Part shown: piece by piece, positions 33,491 to 42,257 of the stretch
Layout: each line of letters starts with the position of its first letter
How positions within the stretch are numbered: position 1 is the stretch's first letter
Origin: Bdellovibrionales bacterium
GTDB lineage: Bacteria; Bdellovibrionota; Bdellovibrionia; Bdellovibrionales; UBA1609
Direction of reading: 5' to 3'
Assembly: GCA_965205945.1 (NCBI GenBank)
Contig: CBDBIB010000002.1
Coordinates: 67,614-131,613 of the forward strand
Length of the DNA: 64,000 nucleotides
Translations under genes and position numbers: made by a program
Notes under the pieces: generated by a model
Databases searched by the model: none
What the model saw: the letters and a program-made list of their open reading frames with translations, nothing else
What the model was told of the DNA's origin: nothing

Positions 33491-33877
33491 ATGGCGTATA
33501 AAGTACCAGAAGATATTTATTATACTAAAGAACATGAGTGGGCTTACGTTGATGAGAATATTGTTACTGTAGGTGTAACGTCTTTTGCTCAAGAAAGTTT
33601 AGGAGAAATTGTTTATGCTGAGCTTCCTGATGAAGGGCAAAAAGTTACTCAAAATGAGCCTTTTGGAGTAATTGAAAGCGTTAAAGCAGTTAGTGACCTT
33701 GTTTCTCCTGTAACAGGGACTGTAATTGAAACAAATGCTGTCTTAGTGGATAAACCTGGAATTCTTAATGATGATCCATGGAATGATGGCTGGTTGATTC
33801 GAATTGAAATGGATACAGAAAAAGAACTAGCCTCACTACTAAAAGCTTCAGAATATAAAAAATTAATTGATAAATAA
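33491..33877 (+). CDS. gcvH: glycine cleavage system protein H
   Basis: 128 aa, lipoyl-lysine motif ESVKAVSD. Confidence 0.95.
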   Translation: MAYKVPEDIYYTKEHEWAYVDENIVTVGVTSFAQESLGEIVYAELPDEGQKVTQNEPFGVIESVKAVSDLVSPVTGTVIETNAVLVDKPGILNDDPWNDGWLIRIEMDTEKELASLLKASEYKKLIDK

Positions 33878-33924
33878 AGAAAAGTTTCTTACATTAAATT
33901 TTTAATATTAATAATAGATTACGT

Positions 33925-34007
33925 GCCCGTGTGGTGGAATTGGCAGACACGCTAGACTTAGGATCTAGTGCCGCAAGGCTTGGAGGTTCGACCCCTCTCG
34001 CGGGTAC
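33925..34007 (+). tRNA. tRNA-Leu (anticodon UAG)
   Basis: Acceptor GCCCGTG/CGCGGGT (G.U pairs), anticodon stem CTAGA/TCTAG, loop CTTAGGA, long variable arm, encoded ACCA. Confidence 0.85.
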
Positions 34008-34069
34008 CATACGTTTTGTTGGGATTTGAGCCCCAAACCAAAATTAACAGCAAAAGAAGCTTAACTATC

Positions 34070-34252
34070 TTAAATTTTATTTTTAGGTTTAGAATTTATA
34101 CTTTTATGAAGAATAAAACTGAGGCCAAGTTTGAGGTAGTCTTTTAAATATCGTTGAATTGTTCTTCTTGATTTATTTAAAATTTTTTGAGCATTTAGAA
34201 TACTTATTTTTTCATTATCAATTTTAAGCTGTTTTGTTGAATTTATAATCAC
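34070..34252 (-). pseudogene. N-terminal HTH fragment of an integrase-core (rve-type) IS transposase
   Basis: The 60-aa ORF ..ILNKSRRTIQRYLKDYLKLGLSFILHKSINSKPKNKI resembles the HTH plus 'HGNRGRxxxN' linker of IS481/ISNCY-type transposases. The catalytic domain is absent, and the fragment abuts the tRNA-Leu. Confidence 0.45.
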
Positions 34253-34558
34253 TGCCTACCTCGCCCCTTCATTTTATTATTTAAAATATAATACAATAAT
34301 TTAACGCTGTGTGAGTGTCAGTTTCCCTTGGTAATGACACACGCCCTAGTTTCTTCTTCTGGTGAGAAAGTGAGATTGGTGCTCCCGAGTGTTTATAGAA
34401 GTCTTCTTGAGACCTGTTTTACTATATTAGTGGTAGATTTAAGTTGTTGATTTTTATAGACTTATTGGATTTAGATGTTTTTTCTACAACAAAATGACAT
34501 ATAAATTGTAGTTTGTGACAAAATATATTTTAATATTAGTAGAAAGGGTTGAGAGTAT

Positions 34559-35815
34559 ATGGTTTTAAAAGAAGAGTTTGAATTTTTAAATAGTGACCTT
34601 TGGTTAAAGTACACTCAAGAAAAATACACCCCTTTAGACGACATTAAGTATCGCTTGGATAAGCTTGGTATTTTAAAGAGCAATTGGTCGGAGTTAAGAC
34701 AAAAAATACAAATATATAGAAAGATGAGTGCTGTGCCATTTTTTCTAAAGTCCATTGATAAGAGATTTTGGTATTTTCCTTCAGATTCGATTAATAAAAA
34801 AATACATCGTGTAGAAAGCTTGGGAAATAAGTTGTTCGAAAAAATAGAAAATCATAGCTCATTTAAAATAGAATTTTTAGCAAATGCAGCTGTGGAAGAG
34901 GCTGTAGCATCTGCAATTTATGAAGGTGCTAACAGTACTCGTTTAAAAGCTAAGGCTTTAATTGCTTCAGGAAATAAACCTAAGGATAAAGATGAGTGGA
35001 TGTTAGTTAATAATCACCTAGCAATGAGGTGGGTTAAAGAGAATTCAAAACTTCCTGTATCCCATGGTCTGGTCTTAAAAATACATGAAATAGTTTCAAA
35101 AAATACTCTTCAGGGAGATGATATAAGTTTTTGTGGAAAGTTTAGAAATGATGTTGTTTATGTGGGGAATCATCAGGGAACTATTCATAGAAAAATAAAG
35201 GAAGCTTTAACTGAGGTAATAGAATTAACGACAAATCACCCTCGCTTTCTACATAGCTTAATTAAGGGAATCTTGCTTCACTATTTCGTTGCATATATCC
35301 ATCCATTTTTTGATGGGAACGGTCGTACTGCAAGAACATTATTTTATTTTAAGGCTATAAAAAATGATTTAAAATTTGTTGAATTATTATCAATTTCAGC
35401 AGACTTAAAAGAGCATGGAAAAAGATACAAAAGGTCTTTTGATTTAGTGAATGAACATGAGTTGGATATAACTTTCTTTATAGATTTTTGTTTGGATTCT
35501 TTAGTTACATCTTTAGGTAAGGTTGAGAAAAAAGTTAATTACTTATTTGATATTTCATTGCTTATTGAAAAAGAAGGACTTACTTTTAACCAAGTGTCAT
35601 TGTTGCAAAGGATGGCATTAAATAAATATAGAGCAACATCAATAGAGAAATATGCTAGAGAAATTAGGAAATCTCGTGAGATAGCAAGGCGGGAATTAAA
35701 AGATTTGCTTAAAAAGGCTTATTTAAAAGAAGAAAAGAAAGGTAGAAAATTTATTTACTACGTGAATAGTAAAGAGCTAAGGGCGAGAGTTGTAGGGTTA
35801 AACTACCGCAGTTAA
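34559..35815 (+). CDS. Fic family protein (putative AMPylase) with C-terminal winged-helix region
   Basis: Canonical Fic motif HPFFDGNGRTAR. An N-terminal SAIYEG matches the (S/T)xxxE(G/N) auto-inhibitory helix motif. Confidence 0.9.
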   Translation: MVLKEEFEFLNSDLWLKYTQEKYTPLDDIKYRLDKLGILKSNWSELRQKIQIYRKMSAVPFFLKSIDKRFWYFPSDSINKKIHRVESLGNKLFEKIENHSSFKIEFLANAAVEEAVASAIYEGANSTRLKAKALIASGNKPKDKDEWMLVNNHLAMRWVKENSKLPVSHGLVLKIHEIVSKNTLQGDDISFCGKFRNDVVYVGNHQGTIHRKIKEALTEVIELTTNHPRFLHSLIKGILLHYFVAYIHPFFDGNGRTARTLFYFKAIKNDLKFVELLSISADLKEHGKRYKRSFDLVNEHELDITFFIDFCLDSLVTSLGKVEKKVNYLFDISLLIEKEGLTFNQVSLLQRMALNKYRATSIEKYAREIRKSREIARRELKDLLKKAYLKEEKKGRKFIYYVNSKELRARVVGLNYRS

Positions 35816-36053
35816 ACCCTCTAACAAACCCCACGTCCTAATTCAGAATAGTCTATAGGCTTAGATTTCATGCTAATGGTGTTATTTTTAGAAAGCGGGA
35901 AGCGGATTTTAGTTTTAGTTAAATAGTAATAACTAGATTTTGGTATGTTTAAAACACCACATCCAATGGTGTTTCCGGACAAGATCCCACTATTATCTTC
36001 AAGGTATTTATCACTTGGTATGCGTTCATTTGATCTGCTCTGTAAAATTTAAA

Positions 36054-36434
36054 TCACAAGGCCTCTCGCTTCATGTGCAACAACGCCCTTTTATTGTTGT
36101 TTTTTTCGGAGTTATAATAATATCCAGAGATTTGTATTCGGCCTGAAAAGTTATGAATATTAGTTTTTGGAGGAATGTGAGCTTTAGCAAGGTAAAGGAA
36201 TAAGTCATTAAACTCTAAGAGGTCTGAGTTTGTTTGTGCTCTAAGTTCATTTATATCATTATAAATACTTTTTGTTTTTAAATTAAAATTAGTTAAAATT
36301 TTTTCTTTTAGTGACCCTGAGATTTGAAGAATAGAATTTTCTTTTTGTAGAGTAAAGAAATTTATAAAAAAGCTATTTTTTTCCAGAGAAATCTTGTGTT
36401 TAAGTGAAAATTATCTTTTAAAAATTATGTTCAT
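36054..36434 (-). pseudogene. decayed gene of unknown function
   Basis: Hand translation gives ATG at 36434, an in-frame TAA at codon 8, then a 118-codon open frame (36057-36410) with no ATG/GTG/TTG until near its end. Confidence 0.4.
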
Positions 36435-36475
36435 ATAACAGATCAGGCCAGAATTGATTGGGGGAGAAAAATATT

Positions 36476-36573
36476 TTGAAAAAACTGGGGACAGCTATGG
36501 GGACATTACTACTATTGTCTAGTAATTTAAATAAGATACGAGATTATTTTTTACCTCTCTCGCAGGTACCATA
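36476..36573 (+). repeat. degenerate tRNA-Leu 3'-end copy (att-like), ghost 1
   Basis: 36553-36573 ACCTCTCTCGCAGGTACCATA matches the tRNA-Leu 3' end ACCCCTCTCGCGGGTACCATA at 19/21. The upstream ~75 bp is shared with ghost 2. Confidence 0.65.
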
Positions 36574-36716
36574 TATAAAATGCCAGTATATTGCATCTAA
36601 TTCTTTTAAGTATTATCAAGTCAAATATAGCAGCAAAACAGATATAAATCCTTGTTTTTTTTTAAGGTTTTATTGGGTGCTTTTGTTCCGACACAAGAGA
36701 CGTGTGCAACCATACG

Positions 36717-37121
36717 TTAGTAACAATTACTACTAGGAATGTGAAATTTATCGGACCAATAAACAGAATGATTAATGTAAGGAAATATATTCTTATTCAT
36801 ATGTAATTCCATTTCTCCAGAAAAGACATTTTCATGTTCAAATGAAAGTTTGAGATATCCACCAAACCTTAAATTTAAATTCCAATCAGAGTCGCCATTT
36901 CCATATGAAATAAAGGAAAGCACAGTGCTTACTTCTCCACTCTCTCCATGGTCTTGAGTTGAAAAAGATAGCTTTCTTCCTGTTTCTAATGATTGAATTT
37001 CTAATATTCCATTTGAATCTGACATTGAATACCTAAACAAAGCACTCTCACATACTGTCGTCGCGGAAGAAATTTGAGAATAGAATAAAATTAAGACAAG
37101 AAAATAAGTAGTGATTTTCAT
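36717..37121 (-). CDS. small secreted hypothetical protein
   Basis: 134 aa, signal peptide, GGAGAG SD 5 nt upstream of the start. Cys residues near both ends. Confidence 0.6.
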   Translation of the reverse strand: MKITTYFLVLILFYSQISSATTVCESALFRYSMSDSNGILEIQSLETGRKLSFSTQDHGESGEVSTVLSFISYGNGDSDWNLNLRFGGYLKLSFEHENVFSGEMELHMNKNIFPYINHSVYWSDKFHIPSSNCY

Positions 37122-37279
37122 ATGAGCTCTCCAAATATACCGTTTATAACCTAAGCATAGATAACAAACATTCGTTTAAAATTCAGTATATAAGTTCTTG
37201 TATGCAATAAAGCAAGGGTTTATTTTTGTTCTTCGTTTTAAATTTCCGAGTGATTACAGTTGACTTGGAGGTTTTTTTT

Positions 37280-37357
37280 ATGGAAAATTCAGCCACTTTT
37301 GTAAAGCTTTCTAAATTTTTAAAGTTTGCCTTTAAAAACGAGATTTCTCAAACGTAA
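37280..37357 (+). CDS. candidate 25-aa small protein
   Basis: GGAGG, 8-nt spacer, ATG. Encodes MENSATFVKLSKFLKFAFKNEISQT. Followed by a hairpin plus T-run at about 37363-37391. Confidence 0.3.
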   Translation: MENSATFVKLSKFLKFAFKNEISQT

Positions 37358-37436
37358 AGAAAAAGGCGACTTTAAGGTCTTGCCTTTTTATCATTTCTTA
37401 GTTTTGTCGTTTAGGGCGTAATTATTTATCTGGTGA

Positions 37437-37545
37437 TTTTGAAAAAACTGGGGGTAATACTACTATTATCTAGTAATTTAAAATAAGACACGAGATTGTT
37501 TTTTTACCCCTTTTGTGGATGGCATACGTTTTATTGGGTTTAGAC
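37437..37545 (+). repeat. degenerate tRNA-Leu 3'-end plus flank copy (att-like), ghost 2
   Basis: 37506-37538 ACCCCTTTTGTGGATGGCATACGTTTTATTGGG matches the tRNA-Leu end plus flank ACCCCTCTCGCGGGTACCATACGTTTTGTTGGG at 26/33. The preceding ~70 bp matches ghost 1. Confidence 0.6.
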
Positions 37546-37699
37546 TTTGATAAAAACCAAATAGGAGAGGCCTAAAGATCAGGCAGTACTTATAAAAGAA
37601 AAGTAAGAAACCATGGGCTTTTAATTTTTTAGGGTTTTATATGCAGAATAAAAAGAAATAATAATTTCACTGTATTTGTTAAAATAAAGAAAGAAAACT

Positions 37700-38428
37700 T
37701 TAGAAGTAGTTATCATCGTCATTAGTATCTTCGTCGACTAAGCTACTGATATCTTCATAGAGCTCATCTTCTTGTTCATCATCTAACGTTAATTCCTCTA
37801 GGTTTCCATTATCAACTAAAAGGTCACTTATTAAAGACGTATGTTCATCTGAGTTATAATCATCACCATTTCTTTTTTTCTTTGTATTTTTAATTACAAA
37901 GGGATTTATGGGGGTTACGTAAGATTTACTTTTTAAAATTTCCTCTAAATTAGGAGTTATAGGTCTTTTACCTTCATTTTTTTTAGATTTTTGAGCAATA
38001 GGTTTTTTAGTTGTAGTTTTTATGGAATCTACAAGTTTTTGAGTTTGAGTTTTTCTGTTTGCAGCTTCTTTTTTTAATATTTTTTTAAGAAGAGTATTTT
38101 TTTTCTTAGTTATTTTTTTAGTTGTATTTTTTTTCTTAGTTATTTTTTTAGTTGTATTTTTTTTCTTAGTTATTTTTTTAGTTGCATTTTTTTTCTTAGC
38201 TGATTTTTTAGTTGCATTTTTTTTCTTAGTTATTTTTTTAGTTGTATTTTTTTTCTTAGTTATTTTTTTAGTTGCATTTTTTTTCTTAGTTATTTTTTTA
38301 GTTGTATTTTTTTTCTTAGCTGATTTTTTAGTTGTATTTTTTTTCTTAGCTATTTTTTTAGTTGTATTTTTTTTCTTAGCTATTTTTTTAGTTGTAGTTT
38401 TTTTTATAGTTTTCTTTTTTCTAGCCAT
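37700..38428 (-). CDS. Lys-rich tandem-repeat protein with acidic C-terminal tail
   Basis: Ten copies of the decapeptide TKKI[T/A/S]KKKN[T/A], then a linker and the acidic tail ..DDEQEDELYEDISSLVDEDTNDDDNYF. The ATG at 38428 lies 6 nt after GAGG and is preferred over 38440. Confidence 0.75.
   Translation of the reverse strand: MARKKKTIKKTTTKKIAKKKNTTKKIAKKKNTTKKSAKKKNTTKKITKKKNATKKITKKKNTTKKITKKKNATKKSAKKKNATKKITKKKNTTKKITKKKNTTKKITKKKNTLLKKILKKEAANRKTQTQKLVDSIKTTTKKPIAQKSKKNEGKRPITPNLEEILKSKSYVTPINPFVIKNTKKKRNGDDYNSDEHTSLISDLLVDNGNLEELTLDDEQEDELYEDISSLVDEDTNDDDNYF
38093..38392 (-). repeat. 30-bp in-frame tandem repeat, ~10 copies
   Basis: The unit ttttttcttagttatttttttagttgtatt (+ strand) is repeated with a few substitutions. 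Confidence 0.9.
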
Positions 38429-38521
38429 AATACACCTCATATATTGATAATGAAGTAGAAATGTTTAAGGAGCAAGAGTGAAAAACACTTTGCTCCAAAT
38501 TGGCCTTATTATAACGATGTA

Positions 38522-39211
38522 TTATTGGACATTTGCAAGCAGTACAGAAAGCTTTTGAGGTAGACGAAGTGAGATGAATACACCTCCACTGTGTTCATTG
38601 ATAGGAGCAAGCCAATGTATGTTTCCTATATGGCTGTTATTTTGCTCAGATCGTATAGGAACGGTTAAGTTAAGTGGAAGTTTAAGGCCTATCTCTACAA
38701 AAATTGAAAAGGAGTCAAAGGCAGCATATCCATAGGCATTAAGACCTAAAAACTTAAGTGGAAAACTAAATGATGGTGGCTCTCCACCATTTATATCCGG
38801 AAGAGGTCTTCCATTAGGCAAAGTTGTTGGGCTTTCTACAAGTTCTATATAGTCTAGTATGGGAATAGTTAGAGTTATTGTGCCTTCAATAGGATCAGTC
38901 TCAAAAGTGATGTTAGAGTTTTGGCGTATTGTACCTGATATGCCTGGAAGTGAAGCTCCTAAAGGAAAACGAATTGTAATTTCAAGGCTTTGGGTTGTAT
39001 TGTTATAGTTAATAATTTGACCATTATCTAAAAGGTTAGAGGGATCATCGAACCTTGCGCTAAACGAAATATTTTCATTTATTAAATTAGGGGTTTCACT
39101 AGAATTAAAGTCTTCACTGCGGGAGGTTGAATTTGAAAGTGAATTTAAATCATTTGTACAGCCTATAAAAAATAATAAGACTATATTTAAAATTAATTTT
39201 TTAGTTTTCAT
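38522..39211 (-). CDS. hypothetical lipoprotein
   Basis: Lipobox LLFFIGC. 229 aa. AAGGAG SD. Confidence 0.65.
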   Translation of the reverse strand: MKTKKLILNIVLLFFIGCTNDLNSLSNSTSRSEDFNSSETPNLINENISFSARFDDPSNLLDNGQIINYNNTTQSLEITIRFPLGASLPGISGTIRQNSNITFETDPIEGTITLTIPILDYIELVESPTTLPNGRPLPDINGGEPPSFSFPLKFLGLNAYGYAAFDSFSIFVEIGLKLPLNLTVPIRSEQNNSHIGNIHWLAPINEHSGGVFISLRLPQKLSVLLANVQ

Positions 39212-39442
39212 ATGTAGTTTCTCCTTATAAAATATTTCACCCAGTTAATCGAGGACTTAGACTATTGTCTTTAGGCCTTTTGTTTTATTTAAAGGGTGTT
39301 CTCAAAAAAAGACTTAAAAGTTAAAGTTATATATATATTTTTTAGACAGTTTAAAGTGGCATTGTTGGAATAATGTTTTGTTAGCCTTGACGAAGGCCTT
39401 TGACCTCTCATGTTTTATATATGGGGGTGTGCTGTGGATAAC

Positions 39443-41947
39443 ATGAATTCTAAATTCACACAGATTGTGGTAGAGAGTTTACAAGTAGCTTATGACAAAG
39501 CTTTAAAGAGTTCTTTTTCTGAAGTTAATGCAGCATGTTTATTTCTTGAATTTATGGGGTATGGAGAGGCTCTTTTTGGAAAATTTTTTATAGATCATAA
39601 AATTGAAATGAAAAGTGTTTTTGAAAAAAAAATGGAAAGTGCACCTAGGCTAAGAACCTTACCTCAAGGGCAAATTCCTTTTTCAGTATATATTCAACGA
39701 GCAATGTCTATGGCTTCGGAAAAGGCAAAAGAGATGAAGGATCAATTTATCTCTACAGAGCATTTTTTGTTCTACCTTATGTTAAATCAATCTGAATTTT
39801 CAGAGTATTTTAAGGGAATTAGTTTTACAGAAAACTTATTAAAAGAATGGATTTTAAAAAAACGAGGTGGAAAAAGAATCACCACAGATAATCCTGAAGG
39901 TACACATAATGCTCTTAATAAATATTGTAAGAATTTAAATCAAATGGCATTTGAAAATAAGTTAGACCCTGTAATAGGTAGAGATCAAGAAATACGTAGA
40001 GCCATTCAGGTTTTATTAAGGCGGACAAAGAATAACCCAGTTCTTATTGGAGAGCCCGGCGTAGGTAAAACGGCCATTGTTGAAGGTCTTGCTGGTAGAA
40101 TCGAAGATGGAGATGTTCCAGATATTTTGTTAGGTAAAAAAATTTATAGCTTAGATATGGGCCTTTTAGTTGCGGGAGCTAAGTATAAAGGTGAGTTTGA
40201 AGAAAGGCTTAAGGCTGTAGTTCAAGAAATTATTAATTCAAGGGGTGAGATTATACTGTTTATTGATGAGCTCCATACTTTGGTTGGAGCAGGGAAATCA
40301 GAAGGAGCTATGGATGCGGCTCAATTATTAAAGCCAGCACTGTCTAGGGGAGAGCTTCGTGTAGTTGGTGCCACAACCCTTGATGAGTATAAAGAGTATA
40401 TTGAAAAAGATAAGGCTTTAGAAAGAAGGTTTCAGTCGACTGTTGTGGATGAACCAACTAAAGAAGATGCACTAGAAATTTTAAGAGGATTAAAAGAAAA
40501 GTATGAACTTCATCATGGCGTAAGGATTAAAGATGAGGCTTTAAGTGCTGCTGTGGAATTGAGTTCTAGGTATATTAATCATAGATTTTTACCAGACAAA
40601 GCTATTGATTTAATTGATGAGGCAGCAAGCCAGCTAAATATTGAAATTAATTCAGTACCTGTCAAGATCGATGAACTTCAAAGAGAAATTATTAGGTTGC
40701 AGGTGAAAGTTAAGGCTTTAGAGTTTGAAGAAGGTATGGATGTGAGTTCTATAAAAAAACTTTTAGATGAAAAACTTTCTAGAAAAAGTGTACTTGTAAG
40801 GATTTGGGAAAAAGAAAGGGCTATTCTTAATAAAGACAAGGGTTTAAAGGTAGAGTATGAAAATGCAAAGCTAAAACTTCAACAGGTTGAGAAAACTGGA
40901 GATTTAGAAATTGCTGCAGAACTTAAATATGGAACCTTACCTAGGCTTGAGCAAAAAATAGCTGAAGTAGAGAACTCTTTAAAAGTAACAAGTCTTTTAA
41001 CCGAAAGCTTGGGTGCTGAAGAGGTTGCAAAGGTGGTCTCTAAATGGATAAAAGTTCCAGTTTCAAAACTTATAGATAGTGAGCGAGAAAAGCTTCTTAA
41101 GCTTGAGCAAAATTTAAAAAAAAGAGTTGTGGGTCAGGAGAAGTCCTTAAAAAGTATATCTCAAGCTGTATTAAGATCAAAGGCGGGATTTTCAGACCCT
41201 AATAAACCTTTAGGAGTGTTCTTATTCTTAGGTCCTACGGGGGTTGGAAAAACAGAAACTGTAAAGGTTTTAGCTGAACAGCTTTTTAATGATGAAGAAA
41301 AAATTGTTAGATTAGATATGAGTGAATATATGGAAAAACACTCAATATCTAAACTAATAGGTTCTCCTCCAGGGTATGTTGGTTATAAAGAGGGAGGACA
41401 GTTAACTGAAAAGATTAGAAGAGCTCCGTTTTCAGTGATTTTGTTAGATGAAATTGAAAAAGCACATCTAGATGTTTTTAATGTGCTTCTTCAAGTCTTT
41501 GATGAAGGGAGACTTACTGATGGTCAAGGAAAGATTGTGGATTTTAAGAACATCTTAGTGGTAATGACATCAAATTTAAAAAACAACAATTTAAAAACAC
41601 ATTTTAAGCCAGAGTTTTTAAATAGAATTGATGAGGTTTTAGAGTACAAAGCTTTAAACGATGAATGTTTAATAAAGATTGTAGATCTTTTAGTATTAGA
41701 GGTTCAAGATCGTATAATGAGTAGAGGAATTAAAATTTGTTTAAGTGATGGGGCTAAAAAGTTTATTTTTGAAAAAGGTTACAATCCAGAATTTGGAGCA
41801 AGACCTTTAAAAAGAACAATTGAAAAATTTGTTGTAAATCCATTGGCGTTTATGGTTCTTAATGAGGAGGTGAAAGAAGGTGCGGTCGTAAAAGTTGGTG
41901 CTTTAAAAGAAAAGCTAACTTTTAAGGTGGAATCGATTTTACAGTAA
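39443..41947 (+). CDS. clpB: ATP-dependent chaperone/disaggregase ClpB
   Basis: Two AAA+ modules ([13 protein letters not shown] and GPTGVGKTE) and a long coiled-coil middle domain. Start at MNSKFTQ (39443) is preferred over 39410. Confidence 0.95.
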   Translation: MNSKFTQIVVESLQVAYDKALKSSFSEVNAACLFLEFMGYGEALFGKFFIDHKIEMKSVFEKKMESAPRLRTLPQGQIPFSVYIQRAMSMASEKAKEMKDQFISTEHFLFYLMLNQSEFSEYFKGISFTENLLKEWILKKRGGKRITTDNPEGTHNALNKYCKNLNQMAFENKLDPVIGRDQEIRRAIQVLLRRTKNNPVLIGEPGVGKTAIVEGLAGRIEDGDVPDILLGKKIYSLDMGLLVAGAKYKGEFEERLKAVVQEIINSRGEIILFIDELHTLVGAGKSEGAMDAAQLLKPALSRGELRVVGATTLDEYKEYIEKDKALERRFQSTVVDEPTKEDALEILRGLKEKYELHHGVRIKDEALSAAVELSSRYINHRFLPDKAIDLIDEAASQLNIEINSVPVKIDELQREIIRLQVKVKALEFEEGMDVSSIKKLLDEKLSRKSVLVRIWEKERAILNKDKGLKVEYENAKLKLQQVEKTGDLEIAAELKYGTLPRLEQKIAEVENSLKVTSLLTESLGAEEVAKVVSKWIKVPVSKLIDSEREKLLKLEQNLKKRVVGQEKSLKSISQAVLRSKAGFSDPNKPLGVFLFLGPTGVGKTETVKVLAEQLFNDEEKIVRLDMSEYMEKHSISKLIGSPPGYVGYKEGGQLTEKIRRAPFSVILLDEIEKAHLDVFNVLLQVFDEGRLTDGQGKIVDFKNILVVMTSNLKNNNLKTHFKPEFLNRIDEVLEYKALNDECLIKIVDLLVLEVQDRIMSRGIKICLSDGAKKFIFEKGYNPEFGARPLKRTIEKFVVNPLAFMVLNEEVKEGAVVKVGALKEKLTFKVESILQ

Positions 41948-42257
41948 ATTGTAGTTACACAATTTAATTTACAAGGCTTAGAATAAAAATCTTTCTAAGA
42001 AATTTTGGCTTGTTTATAACTCAAATCAGCGTTGTTGCACATGAGTGTTTAACCTAAGATTAAAGGTTTAAGAAAAACTTCCTACCCATTCTAAAATAAA
42101 CATACTAAAGATGCTTAATCCTAGTTTATTGTTAAGTAGTCATACAATTTGTTTTACAGGTCTCCATAAAATCCTATTAAAACCTGGAATAGTCATTTTT
42201 TACAAGAAATTAAAAAAATTCGAATTTGGCAGCTTCTATTCATCAAAAAAAAATAAA

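Noticed and set aside
35940-36736. Plus-strand ORFs 35940..36146 (68 aa) and 36458..36736 (92 aa).
   Set aside because: The first lies antisense to the decayed minus-strand gene. The second reads through the tRNA-Leu ghost repeat and overlaps the 134-aa gene. Neither has an SD or a plausible composition.
38093-38392. Regular 30-bp repeats (and the 75-bp repeats at 42421-42800) considered as a possible CRISPR array.
   Set aside because: The units are contiguous with no unique spacers, lie in frame inside long ORFs and encode peptide repeats. No cas genes are present.
42031-42046. A 16-nt exact match (GCGTTGTTGCACATGA) between the clpB-adhesin intergenic region and the reverse complement of 36071-36086 in the islet.
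   Set aside because: The flanks do not align. A single 16-mer match in a 64-kb window searched on both strands is roughly what chance predicts.
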